Shown: one piece after another, positions 1 to 9,802 of the stretch
Layout: each line of letters begins with the position of its first letter
How positions within the stretch are numbered: the first letter of the stretch is position 1
Origin: Candidatus Bathyarchaeota archaeon
GTDB taxonomy: Archaea > Thermoproteota > Bathyarchaeia > Bathyarchaeales > Bathycorpusculaceae
DNA: 64,000 bases
Direction of reading: 5' to 3'
Assembly (NCBI GenBank): GCA_963702095.1
Contig: OY969706.1
Span: 1,472,001-1,536,000 of the forward strand
Program-made: the position numbers and the translations under genes
Notes under the pieces: model-generated
Told to the model about the DNA's origin: nothing
The model's database searches: none
The model's input: only the letters and a program-made list of their open reading frames with translations

Positions 1-2
1 TA

Positions 3-65
3 ATTGCGCCGAAGATTGCGAAGTTGCAGGCGCATTTTGTGGACAAAATCAAGGTGCCCCTATGA
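3..65 (+). CDS. 3' end of an upstream gene truncated by the window edge (…IAPKIAKLQAHFVDKIKVPL*)
   Basis: Open frame from position 3 ends in a TGA that overlaps the ATG at 62 (ATGA overlap). Confidence 0.4.
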   Translation: MAPKIAKLQAHFVDKIKVPL

Positions 66-628
66 CCCAGCAAGCATTAACCAGCGCTGAAGGGGTTCTG
101 CTTGAGATTGAGGCATCGGCTGAAAAACAGTATTTGCCCATCATCGGACCCGCCAAGGGCAAGTACCTCGTTGAGGAAGTGTGCAAAGCTAATCCGATGC
201 ATGTGCTCGAAGTGGGTGCGTTGATTGGGTATTCGGCGGTTTTGATGGGTAGAGAAATGGCTGAGGGCTCAGAGATCATATCTATAGAAATCCACTCTGA
301 CGAGGCAGAGTTGGCAATGCAGAACATCATGCGAGCCGATATACCTGCTAAAGTTAGGGTCCTCACAGGCAACGCGCTTGACATTATCCCGACCCTGCAG
401 GGACCGTTTGATTTCGCGTTTATCGATGCCGAAAAAACGGAGTACTTGCGGTACCTCAGGTTGATGGAGCCCATGCTGCATGTGGGCACGGTGGTCTTTG
501 CGGATAACGCGGGCATGTTTCATGATCAAATGCGTGACTACCTCAGGTACGTGCGCAGTTCAGGCAACTATCGTAGCCGCTACATTCAGGTAGGGGACGA
601 CGGCGTGGAAATCAGCGTTAAACTGTAG
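62..628 (+). CDS. Class I SAM-dependent O-methyltransferase (caffeoyl-CoA OMT/TrmR-like)
   Basis: VLEVGALIGYSA motif I, FDFAFIDAEK, VFADN. Confidence 0.9.
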   Translation: MTQQALTSAEGVLLEIEASAEKQYLPIIGPAKGKYLVEEVCKANPMHVLEVGALIGYSAVLMGREMAEGSEIISIEIHSDEAELAMQNIMRADIPAKVRVLTGNALDIIPTLQGPFDFAFIDAEKTEYLRYLRLMEPMLHVGTVVFADNAGMFHDQMRDYLRYVRSSGNYRSRYIQVGDDGVEISVKL

Positions 629-1691
629 CGGGCGGGGTTTTGCCTGTTTTTATGCGGTCAAGCAAGGGCACCGTGAGGTTCATTATGACCAAAGCGAGGA
701 TGGAGCCGCCTAAGAAGCCCATGAACGTTTGAATGAGCACCGTCAACACAGCCACGCCTACACCGAAAATGACCTGCGCCCCATGCTTGTTGGGAGTCGT
801 CGCTGGATCCGTCACCATGAAGAAGGCAAGGAAAATGGAGCTACCGATGAACAATTCAAATCCCAGCCGAAGCAAGAAGTCGCCTCCGAATACACCGAAC
901 ATAGCCGCTGACATCACCGCGATACCCGTGAAATAGGCGGCTGTGACGCGCCATTTGATGTATTTTCTTGCAAGGATGAATAGTGCTAAGCCAACGATTA
1001 TGACTGCTAATGCCGAGGCGCCGCCTACCCAGCCGTGATACTTTAGAAGCCCCAGAATGCTGAAAACTTCTGCGGGGTTGGCGTGTATCGTGTCTGGTCT
1101 TGCGGGGAAGTAGCCGAAGCAGCCTGCCACAAGCGGACCAAAAGCGCTTGCCAATGAAGGGTTAGCGGGGTTATAGTTGTAGCCGACGGCGCCCGCCAAG
1201 AGAAGAGAGTCCTTGTGAGCCTGCGCTAACAGCACAGTTTGGAGAAACGGCAGGAAAACCAGCAGTTTAGCAGCTGCGGCAGCGTTAACGTATTTACGTT
1301 TCAGAAGCCCCTGTAGCTTACGGAAAACCACTTCGCCAACCGCCGAGATTATGGCGACGTAGACGTATGCCATCGGCGCTGTCAAGGGAAGCACCTCAGG
1401 TTCATAGGCAGGGGTGAGGTAGTAACCGAAGGTCCATACGTTGCTGCTGGCTAAACTGTAAGATAACGCAACGATTTGTCCAAACACAACGGCTGAAAGG
1501 ATGCTTCGGGGGAATTTCTTTTTGCTGACCAGTGAAAGGGCGTATTCGATGGCGACTGCTACGGCAACTGAGGTGAGAACCAACAGCACAGGGGTATACC
1601 CCCATGGAACTACAGCTACCGCAGTTAAAACGGATAAGGCGACGATGGTGTACTTCAAAAGTTTACTTTTTTGTTCCCCAGATGCTGACAA
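618..1691 (-). CDS. RnfD/NqrB-family integral membrane protein (stand-alone); true start uncertain
   Basis: About 10 TM segments; GWVGGASALA..IKWR and AFFMVTDPATTP match RnfD motifs. Confidence 0.8.
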   Translation of the reverse strand: MSASGEQKSKLLKYTIVALSVLTAVAVVPWGYTPVLLVLTSVAVAVAIEYALSLVSKKKFPRSILSAVVFGQIVALSYSLASSNVWTFGYYLTPAYEPEVLPLTAPMAYVYVAIISAVGEVVFRKLQGLLKRKYVNAAAAAKLLVFLPFLQTVLLAQAHKDSLLLAGAVGYNYNPANPSLASAFGPLVAGCFGYFPARPDTIHANPAEVFSILGLLKYHGWVGGASALAVIIVGLALFILARKYIKWRVTAAYFTGIAVMSAAMFGVFGGDFLLRLGFELFIGSSIFLAFFMVTDPATTPNKHGAQVIFGVGVAVLTVLIQTFMGFLGGSILALVIMNLTVPLLDRIKTGKTPPATV

Positions 1692-1794
1692 ACTTGGACC
1701 CGAAGGTAACTCGACTGATTATAATTTAAGATTTATGGTAAAAATAATTACGCAGCAAAAACTCAAAATGGGTATTACAGATGGGAACTAAGAA

Positions 1795-2736
1795 TTAGAG
1801 CCTGTGGTATCTGCGTCGCCTGCGGGGTTTCGGTTTGGGTTTTCTTAGCCGCTCACCACATTGAGGACAGTACGCTATTCCATTTGAAACGGGCAGGACG
1901 CTGCCTTCAGCCCAAAAATGGCCGTGGCTGCATTCGAGGTCAAACTCATAACTCTCTGTTTCGTAGTCTTGGGGGTTGGTTAAGATGTCTTTTTTGAGGG
2001 AAACCTTGCTTTTTATGATTTCATGAGGAGGATAAACAGCAGCGGGGGCGACTGGTGGCGGTGGCGCTATTGGTTTAACAGGAGCGGTTATTTCAACTAA
2101 CGTAGGTTTTGCTAAAATAATGAGTGTAGTTTTAGATGGGGTTACAATCGGTGTTGTTTTTTCGGGGGCAAGTTTTTCTGGGGTGACAATAGGACCAGAT
2201 TGGGCAATCGGGTTTGATGGTTCCATAGGAAGGGGTTGAGGGGCTGGTTTGGGCAAAACAGCAGGTTTACGTTGAACTACGCTGTGACCCGCAACAGGTC
2301 GGGCGAAAGTAATGGTGAATCTAGCTTCTGGTTTAGATTGTTTAGCCTTCTTAGGTTTGACAATATGTTTAGCCGATATAAACGGTTTAGGCGCCGCAAC
2401 GGGCTTTGCCTGAGGGACAACTTTGCCGGGAGCAGCAGTCTTTGCCGAAGCGAATGCTTTAGGAGCCGCTGCCTTAACCTCAGACGTTTTGACAGCAGAA
2501 ACTGCTTTAACAGAAGCAGCTGTCCCAGCAGATTTGTCTTTGGCAACTTTGATTTTGAGCGGCGACACTTGGGGGATAACGACTTTAGCTATCGTTACAT
2601 CTCTGTCGACACGGCTTAAGGGGTTACCCTGTGCCCGCTTAGTATTTACCATTGGAGCGGTGGTTGATTGTCCACAGTCAGTGCAAACTTTACTGTATTC
2701 GGGGAGTCTGCGCCCGCATTTTCGGCAAAACGGCAA
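1795..2736 (-). CDS. Zinc-ribbon protein with long Pro/Ala/Lys-rich linker, C-terminal Zn knuckle and Arg-rich tail
   Basis: CRKC..CTDC at N-terminus; CSHGH..CPQC near C-terminus; tail RKPKPKPRRRRRYHRL. Confidence 0.75.
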   Translation of the reverse strand: MPFCRKCGRRLPEYSKVCTDCGQSTTAPMVNTKRAQGNPLSRVDRDVTIAKVVIPQVSPLKIKVAKDKSAGTAASVKAVSAVKTSEVKAAAPKAFASAKTAAPGKVVPQAKPVAAPKPFISAKHIVKPKKAKQSKPEARFTITFARPVAGHSVVQRKPAVLPKPAPQPLPMEPSNPIAQSGPIVTPEKLAPEKTTPIVTPSKTTLIILAKPTLVEITAPVKPIAPPPPVAPAAVYPPHEIIKSKVSLKKDILTNPQDYETESYEFDLECSHGHFWAEGSVLPVSNGIAYCPQCGERLRKPKPKPRRRRRYHRL

Positions 2737-2755
2737 ATGAGTTCACTTTGAAGCT

Positions 2756-2956
2756 TTAGTGAAGATGTTTGGCGGCATGCCTTAAGAATTTTTTGAGCCT
2801 ACCTGAACATTTAAAGCCTGTTTGTGCAGTTTTTGATGGTGGTGGGCGATGACGAGTCTGGCCCCGCAGACCGCAAGGATGATGTGGATCTTGAGTGCGG
2901 ACGACGTTGGCGATGACAACTTCAGGCTTGACTTGAATGTTGAGTCGACGCCACAA
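2756..2956 (-). CDS. Possible small hypothetical protein
   Basis: AGGTGA SD-like motif 4 nt before the TTG; no recognisable domain. Confidence 0.3.
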   Translation of the reverse strand: MWRRLNIQVKPEVVIANVVRTQDPHHPCGLRGQTRHRPPPSKTAQTGFKCSGRLKKFLRHAAKHLH

Positions 2957-3029
2957 GAGCTCACCTACAGATGCCTAAAACTACTAAACCCTTCTAAACA
3001 AACTTAAGGGTTCTTTGCGATGATACTTT

Positions 3030-3398
3030 CTAAGAGGTAGCCTTTGATTTTTGAATTCTAAAGGCTAAATACAAATTTACCACGACTGCGGTCAAGAATA
3101 AAATCAGCGTTAAAATTGCAGTCGAATCCGTGTACATGGCCCAAATGCCCCCAGAAAAACCGCCTGAATAATCAGGTATGGGCTCATAACGGACATACCA
3201 GGGGAGACTTGTACTGATCGATACAGTGGTTTTATTAAAAACGCCTATCATCGAATAGTGAACGTAATCTAAAACTAGATAGAACATGACAAGCATTGCA
3301 TTAACAAAAAGCATTATCTTGAAGCTTCTAGTCATTTGCATAGCCATTTTACGATAGCTTAAACGTGTATATATAACTTTGTAAACCAAAAAAATCAA
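3030..3398 (-). CDS. Hypothetical membrane protein (2 TM); start probably later, at MAMQM
   Basis: Two hydrophobic segments; AT-rich. Confidence 0.6.
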   Translation of the reverse strand: MIFLVYKVIYTRLSYRKMAMQMTRSFKIMLFVNAMLVMFYLVLDYVHYSMIGVFNKTTVSISTSLPWYVRYEPIPDYSGGFSGGIWAMYTDSTAILTLILFLTAVVVNLYLAFRIQKSKATS

Positions 3399-4167
3399 AT
3401 ATTTTATTTTTCATTTTCTACTTTTCCTGAAATAGTAATTCTCTGTATATTCCCCTATTAAGGGTATAACAAGAACTTCTGCCAGGTATACGTTCAAGTA
3501 TACATATCTTCGCCCGCTATACGACCACATAGTAAAATCCTGCACTTCCTCAAAGTCTAACTTCTCATCCTTGTGTCACCGTCAAGGGCAAAGTCAAATC
3601 AATCTTTGATTCCCAAACGTGCAGATTTGCCAGTGAAGAATTAAGTGCACTTCGACTTGAAGCTCTGCTTGCTATCCCTTTACAACTCAGCGCAAACGAA
3701 GGATTACACGAATTGGAAATAGTTTGGATATTAGGGAATAGGCGCTCCTTACGAGCAATGGGGAAAAATTAGGTTTCGATGTGTCTCTTCTTCTAAGACT
3801 ATAAAGAGAAAAGAGCGAAATGCTATGCCCTATTAAGTGGTAGAATGATTGGACTTGGCGAACCAGCGAGTGATTGGAATTGGCAGAAGCAGTCAGTCAC
3901 CGGCTCGCCAAGTATTCGAGAAGGGTTTAGCAGTTTAGCAGTCTATGAGATGTGCTGTGCCGTCGGCGCAGTAAACTTTGTCCCACAATTTAGCGGTGCT
4001 ATATCGCCGTTTACACTCAACCAACTGCTTTGAGCAACCTTCACAATCTTTACTTAACACTTTATCGCCTCACCGTTAAGTTAAACCATAGTTATGGATT
4101 GAATGAAACAAATAAAGGTTGTTAAGAATCAATATGAACTATGCATAAGTACAACAGATCAACAAGA

Positions 4168-4887
4168 CTATTTTTTGGCTTTGTACCCCTCGACAAATCG
4201 GTTATCAATGTACTCTTCCCAGAACTCCTTAAAGCACTTCCGATACTTAGGCAGCCGCGAACGCCCCCGCCAAGTGGATTTGTCAGCGAACTTTTTGATT
4301 TCCGCCGAAGGCTTAAAGTACGCGAGGGCGTTCTCAACGCTTAGCACAAACGGCGGGTGACCATAATACATGCTGACCCAACTGGATATCATGCTGCCTG
4401 TTCGATGGTTGCCCTCCACAAAGAGCTGCGGATGCCCAAGGATAGCAACGTAGACTTCCGCTGCAACTTTGAGCGGATGAGGTTCACCCTTCATATGTCT
4501 AGTATACCATTTTTCTACAGGTGCGATTCCCTGATAAAATTTTTCTTCGTTAAACATTATAGCCTTGTGGTACTGCAGCCGCAGCGCCCAGTCAACTCCA
4601 TAATGCACCAAGTTGTTGAGTTCAAGCATTTCACATAGGCTCTGAGGCGAAAAAGGGTTGATGCCCCTTCTGAGTAAACCATCCAGATGCCTGTAAGCCA
4701 GCATCATCCGCCCTCTAACCACACAATCAAACGGTGTATCGCGGCGCCCGATTTTTTTGGAGGCTAATTCATCGTCGATGTTTTTCCAATTTTTTTCCAC
4801 TCCGATTAGGGATTGCTCTACCGCTTCAATGTTAAACTTGAGTATTTTTGCTTGACTCTCAATTACTTTGGGCAACTTGATTAACAT
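4168..4887 (-). CDS. Fic/Doc-domain protein with variant active-site motif
   Basis: HPQLFVEGNHRTG resembles the Fic motif HPFxxGNGRxxR. Confidence 0.7.
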   Translation of the reverse strand: MLIKLPKVIESQAKILKFNIEAVEQSLIGVEKNWKNIDDELASKKIGRRDTPFDCVVRGRMMLAYRHLDGLLRRGINPFSPQSLCEMLELNNLVHYGVDWALRLQYHKAIMFNEEKFYQGIAPVEKWYTRHMKGEPHPLKVAAEVYVAILGHPQLFVEGNHRTGSMISSWVSMYYGHPPFVLSVENALAYFKPSAEIKKFADKSTWRGRSRLPKYRKCFKEFWEEYIDNRFVEGYKAKK

Positions 4888-5021
4888 GGAAAAACGGGGT
4901 ATTTAGGCATTGAAGATTCCTAAACGATTGTGGCTGTATATATGCAAGCATAAACACTAAAATGACATGTTTCTTATTTTGCGCCCAGCAGCTTATCCTT
5001 GTTTTTGGGAGGTGAGTTTTT

Positions 5022-5252
5022 TTGGAGAACAAAGAACCAGCTCAACAGGGCATGCTCAGCAACAACACCTACGACCTTATGGCACAGTTAACTGAGGAAA
5101 ACCAGAGTCTTTGGCGAATAAGGAAAAACTACAAAAAAGACGCAACAAACGACAATGAAGCTATGGAGTTTTGGAATTACCTAGAAAAAGACAAGCAGGA
5201 CCACATCAAACGCTTAACTGAGCTTTTGGAGAAACGCATGAAAACTCTGTAG
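5022..5252 (+). CDS. Small ferritin-like helical protein
   Basis: GGAGGTGA SD before TTG; two helices with E..H spacing (LEKDKQDHIKRL). Confidence 0.65.
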   Translation: MENKEPAQQGMLSNNTYDLMAQLTEENQSLWRIRKNYKKDATNDNEAMEFWNYLEKDKQDHIKRLTELLEKRMKTL

Positions 5253-5379
5253 ATAATGGTTAATTATTTTCCTCAATATTTTTCCGACAGCTTTTTTATG
5301 ATGTAATCGCTGCCTTCAAACAGTGGAAGTTAACTGGGCAAGTCCTCTACGTTCTGTAGCCGAAGACAAAAATTGAAGG

Positions 5380-5952
5380 TTATTCTGGAGGTTTTTCCCA
5401 TAACTGCAGCTTTTCTTTCTTGAGTTCGGTGCGTTTACGTTGTAGGTACTTGTAGACGGTGTGGTGCTCGCAGCCGTCGATTACCATTTGTACTGCGTTT
5501 CTTGCGGCGTCGGCTTCTTCAAAGCTGCCGATAATCCCCACCGTGTGTCCGTAGACCACTACGTCTGCTTCGGTTAATTCTTCGATAAGCTTTCGGGTTT
5601 TGCCTTCAGTGCCAATTATTCTGCCCTTGATGCGTCTAATGTCGGATTCTGAGCGCCCGAAAATCAATCGCAAATCTACCAGGCTGTAGATGTCGTCTTC
5701 GTTGCGGATCAAGCGATAGGCGGTTTCAGGCGCGAAGCCTCTGCCTATGGCTGTCACTATGTCTTTGGCTCTGAGCAACAGTGAGGGGTCGGTGCATTTT
5801 TCTGAAAGTATAATTCTGACGCTTCCTTCCCTGTCGATATCAAGTGTTACCTGAAGCTTTGCTTCGATGTGCTGCTTAACTTTTCCTTCAGGACCAACCA
5901 GTATACCGACGCGTTCTTTTGGAATCTTTACAAACATGTCTGGACCGGGCAT
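5380..5952 (-). CDS. KH-domain rRNA-processing protein (Dim2/Pno1/Krr1 family)
   Basis: GILVGPEG, AIGRGF, KGRIIGTEGKT KH motifs; clustered with RIO1 and aIF-1A. Confidence 0.93.
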   Translation of the reverse strand: MPGPDMFVKIPKERVGILVGPEGKVKQHIEAKLQVTLDIDREGSVRIILSEKCTDPSLLLRAKDIVTAIGRGFAPETAYRLIRNEDDIYSLVDLRLIFGRSESDIRRIKGRIIGTEGKTRKLIEELTEADVVVYGHTVGIIGSFEEADAARNAVQMVIDGCEHHTVYKYLQRKRTELKKEKLQLWEKPPE

Positions 5953-6734
5953 TATTTACCGACAACCAATTTATGTAATTCTTCAACTGGAATGACTTCT
6001 ACGTTTTGGCGACTAAAGAACCTATTGACGTTTGCCAAATCTCTTCGCAGCATAAAGTCGGCAAGCGGATGCTGAATGGAAACTGATTGGGAAACGTCGA
6101 AAATGACGGGTTTGCCTTTCCACATCATAATGTTGTATTCGCTGAGGTCGCCGTGGACGATTTTAGCTTTTTGATAGAGCCGTTTGAGGGCAGTTACGAT
6201 GACTTTGTAGACTTTTTCAGGGTCTTCGGGCGGCTGCTCTTTTAGTGAGGGTGCGCTTACGCCTTCTTTGCCGATGAACTCCATAACGACAACGTTGCTT
6301 TTGACCGCGATGGGTTTTGGCACACGCACCTTCGCCGCGTCTGCTTCACCTAAATTGCGGAACTCTTTTTGCGCCCAAACCGAAATCAACGAACGAGTGT
6401 CATGTTTGACGTCTTTGAAGCGGGGGTCACCTTCAATGTATTTGTGCATGCCGCGTTTGAATTCAGCTGAAGAAGTCAAATAGATTTTTACTGCTAAATC
6501 GACGCCGTCTTTGGTGGTGCCCCAGTAAACCCGGGCTTCCTTGCCGGAACTTACAACACCGTTTAACTCGTGGAGTATGCCGCTGTTCATTAAATCAAAA
6601 ACAACCATTCGAGTGGCTTGGTCAAAGACTTCTTCGACGGTGGCGCGTTCGCTTGATTTGTCATGGGTTAGCATTTTGTCTCTGCGTTCCACTGCTTTTT
6701 CGCGGTGGCTGAGGCGTTCATGGGCTTTGGACAT
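5952..6734 (-). CDS. rio1: RIO1-family serine kinase
   Basis: SSGKEARVY, AVKIY, VHGDLSEYNI, IFDVSQSV. Confidence 0.95.
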   Translation of the reverse strand: MSKAHERLSHREKAVERRDKMLTHDKSSERATVEEVFDQATRMVVFDLMNSGILHELNGVVSSGKEARVYWGTTKDGVDLAVKIYLTSSAEFKRGMHKYIEGDPRFKDVKHDTRSLISVWAQKEFRNLGEADAAKVRVPKPIAVKSNVVVMEFIGKEGVSAPSLKEQPPEDPEKVYKVIVTALKRLYQKAKIVHGDLSEYNIMMWKGKPVIFDVSQSVSIQHPLADFMLRRDLANVNRFFSRQNVEVIPVEELHKLVVGK

Positions 6735-6858
6735 GTTGAGTCACCAAGCTATAAGACGTCGCCTATTTAAAAGCAACCAAGCTGAACAAGGCTAAAAACC
6801 CTTAAGGGGTTAGGGGTGGGTTTGAGGGTTTTCTGTTTCAAATAAAAGTGAAAGGGCG

Positions 6859-7164
6859 TTAGACTGTTAAGAGTCCCTTGCGCCGCAGGTTTTCTGCTTG
6901 TGAATGGGTGTAACGCCAGGTGACGTCTCCACGGGTGTCAGTTTGGAATTCCCAGGGTGCAACGATAACGATGTCGCCTTCGCGTATCCATACGCGGCGT
7001 TTCATTTTTCCTCTGATGCGGCATAGGCGTTCTGCGCCGTCTTGACATTTAACCATGATCCGATCGAAACCAAGCAGTTTCGTAACAACGCCTAAAACTT
7101 CACCCTTATTAGGGTAAACCATTTCGCTTATTGCGCCTTCACTTAAGACTTTTTTCTTTCCCAA
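6859..7164 (-). CDS. eif1a: Translation initiation factor aIF-1A (probable TTG start at 7164)
   Basis: LLGFDRIMVKCQDG..CRIRGKMKRRVWIREGD. Confidence 0.95.
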   Translation of the reverse strand: MGKKKVLSEGAISEMVYPNKGEVLGVVTKLLGFDRIMVKCQDGAERLCRIRGKMKRRVWIREGDIVIVAPWEFQTDTRGDVTWRYTHSQAENLRRKGLLTV

Positions 7165-7367
7165 GATTATGCCTCGGTTATCAGATTTGTTTACAATAGT
7201 TTTTTCTTGCTTATATGCGTGTTCATCGGAGTGGGCAGGTTCAGCACAAAAATTTATGCCGGCCAAGTGAATATGCCTTTGAGGTAGAAAACGCTTGGCG
7301 GACAGTTCGGTTGGCGAGAAAGTTAAATACCGAGCGTCTTTTCACTGTTTACTATAAGGCTTAGTGC

Positions 7368-8287
7368 ATGATAGACACGGCGAATTTAACCAAGAAATTC
7401 GGCGCCCTAACCGCAGTCGACGACCTAACCCTCCACGTAGCCGACGGCGAAGTCTTCGGTTTCCTAGCCCCAACGGCGCAGGCAAAACCACCACCGTGCG
7501 GATGCTGTGCTGCCTCATCAGCAAAACCAGCGGAACCGCCCGCGTCGCCGATTACGAGGTAGGCAACGAAGCTGACGCCCTCAAAATCCGCCGACTCATC
7601 GGACTCGTATCCGACAACGTTGGCTTATACGAGGATTTAACCGCTTACGAGAACCTTGACTTCTACGGCAAACTCTATAAAGTACAAGAACCGGAGAGGA
7701 AATACAACATCCAGCACTTCCTCGAGATGCTGGGGCTGTGGGAGAAACGGGATGTTTTGGCGGGGACGTTTTCGAAGGGTATGAAGCAGAAGCTTGCCAT
7801 CGCCCGCGCGCTGATTCATGAGCCGCAAATCCTGTTTATGGACGAACCCACCGCCAACTTGGACCCTGAATCGGCGAAGACAGTGCGGGAGTTCATACTT
7901 GAACTGCGAAAAGAAAAGAAAACCATCTTCCTAAACACCCACAACCTCGACGAGGCACAGCGTATCTGCGACCGCATCGGCATCCTAAACACTAAGCTGA
8001 TGGCACTGGGCACTCCCGAGGAGCTGGAGCGTTCGGTGGGTAACCGCAGAACCGTGGTTGCGCTTGAAATTGTAAACGATGCCATAGTCAAAGCGGTGGA
8101 TAAACTGGCGCTGGGAAACCTGATGCGTGAGGGCAACAAGTTGACCGTTAAACTTGAAGATCCCTACAAGCACAACCCCGCTATTGTGAGGGCGATTGTG
8201 GAGGCAGGCGGAAACGTGCAGGCAGTTAACGTTTACACCTCCACTCTGGAGGAAACATACCTGAAACTTGTGAGGGAACACGAATGA
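7368..8287 (+). CDS. ABC-2 type transporter ATP-binding subunit, frameshifted at about 7467
   Basis: MIDTANLTKKFG..GFL joins PNGAGKTTT (Walker A) if one G is added; FSKGMKQK signature, FMDEPT Walker B. Confidence 0.88.
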
Positions 8288-9024
8288 ACCTATCCACCGC
8301 ATGGACCATCGCCCAAAAAGACCTCAAATCCATCCGCCGAAAAAAGAGCATACTCTACAGCCTCATCCTTTTCCCAATGCTCCTGGCGCTTCTGTTTCCA
8401 GCCGTAATAGTCTTTGCCAACAGACCCGGCACTGGCGGCATATCAGCCGACTACCTCCCAACCCTTCTAAACGCCTTCTCATTCTTCTTTGTCATCGCAT
8501 CCGCAATTCTCCCCAGCGCAATCGCCTCATACAGCATAGTGGGCGAAAAAGTCGAGAAAAGCCTCGAACCCCTCTTGGCAACACCCACTACAGACAGCGA
8601 AATTTTGCTGGGCAAAAGCATCGCCGCGTTTCTGCCGCCCATTATAGCAATCTACGGCTCCGCCATCCTCTACATCGTACTGTTAGACTACGTGTCTTAT
8701 CCCATACTGGGTTACATCGTCTACCCCAACGTAAGCCTCGCCATAATCCTGTTTCTCGCCATACCGCTTGCACAGATACTGAGCATAGAATCAAGTGTAC
8801 TTGCCTCCTCAAGAGTCACCGATGTGCGGGCGGCGAACCAAATCGGCGGCTTAATGTTCATCCCCTTCATGATCATCTACCTCGGCAGCGAAATAGGCGT
8901 GTTCGCACTCAATGACACCAACCTACTCATCATCTGCGCCGCCATACTCATAGCTGACGTTGCATTGTTCTATTTTAGCAAGGCCACTTTCCAAAGAGAA
9001 GAAATCCTAACAAAATGGAAGTAA
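8284..9024 (+). CDS. ABC-2 type transporter permease
   Basis: 6 TM; VGEKVEKSLEPLLATP..ILLGK motif; overlaps the ATPase stop. Confidence 0.9.
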   Translation: MNLSTAWTIAQKDLKSIRRKKSILYSLILFPMLLALLFPAVIVFANRPGTGGISADYLPTLLNAFSFFFVIASAILPSAIASYSIVGEKVEKSLEPLLATPTTDSEILLGKSIAAFLPPIIAIYGSAILYIVLLDYVSYPILGYIVYPNVSLAIILFLAIPLAQILSIESSVLASSRVTDVRAANQIGGLMFIPFMIIYLGSEIGVFALNDTNLLIICAAILIADVALFYFSKATFQREEILTKWK

Positions 9025-9088
9025 CTGTGCAAGCGCTTGTTTTATAAGCTTCTTGTTCAGATAGAGGCAAACAAGGGAAAGCTACCTC

Positions 9089-9739
9089 ATGAACAATAAA
9101 ATCGCAGTAACGCTAGCTTCAACCGCGATAGTTGCAAGCATAATCTACCTCGCATTCACAGCAATCGCCCTCGCCTATTATCCCCAAACATACAGTCCTC
9201 TAACAAACTGGCTAAGCGACTTAGGAAACCCCACTGTGAACCCTTCAGGCGCACTCTACTACGATGCAGGCGGCGTCGTAACCAGTGTCGCATTGATATT
9301 TTTCTTCATGGGAATGTATACTTGGCGATTAGGGGATAAGAAGGCAAAAACTTTCCTGTTGGCATCGCAAATCGCTGGGATAGCACTGGCACTCTGCTTC
9401 ATTATGACAGCGGTGTTCCCCTTGGGCGTTAACACTTCTGTACACTCTACCTTCTCGGTAATGTTGTTTGTTTTCATCGGTTTCTTTGAAATCTTCTCAG
9501 CCAGCGCCGCCCGAAGAAACAAGGCTTTCCCCAAAACGCTATCTGTATTCGGATTCGCCGTAGCCATCGTCAACTTCGGCTTGGCGGTCAGCTTCAACTT
9601 CGGCGACTTCTTCTTCGGCGAATGGTTAATGGTGGGCTTATTCATCGCCTACACGTTTACACTCTCAGCGGTTCAGAGTCATCTGCTTACAAATTCTCAG
9701 AAGGGTAAGTTGTGGCAGGTTGTTAGTCAAGAAACCTAA
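9089..9739 (+). CDS. DUF998-like membrane protein
   Basis: YSPLTNWLSDLG motif followed by several TM segments. Confidence 0.7.
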   Translation: MNNKIAVTLASTAIVASIIYLAFTAIALAYYPQTYSPLTNWLSDLGNPTVNPSGALYYDAGGVVTSVALIFFFMGMYTWRLGDKKAKTFLLASQIAGIALALCFIMTAVFPLGVNTSVHSTFSVMLFVFIGFFEIFSASAARRNKAFPKTLSVFGFAVAIVNFGLAVSFNFGDFFFGEWLMVGLFIAYTFTLSAVQSHLLTNSQKGKLWQVVSQET

Positions 9740-9802
9740 ACTTGCATTGTCAAGAAATGTATACAAGAAGCTTTTTATTAGAAATAAAATAAAAGCAAAT
9801 TT

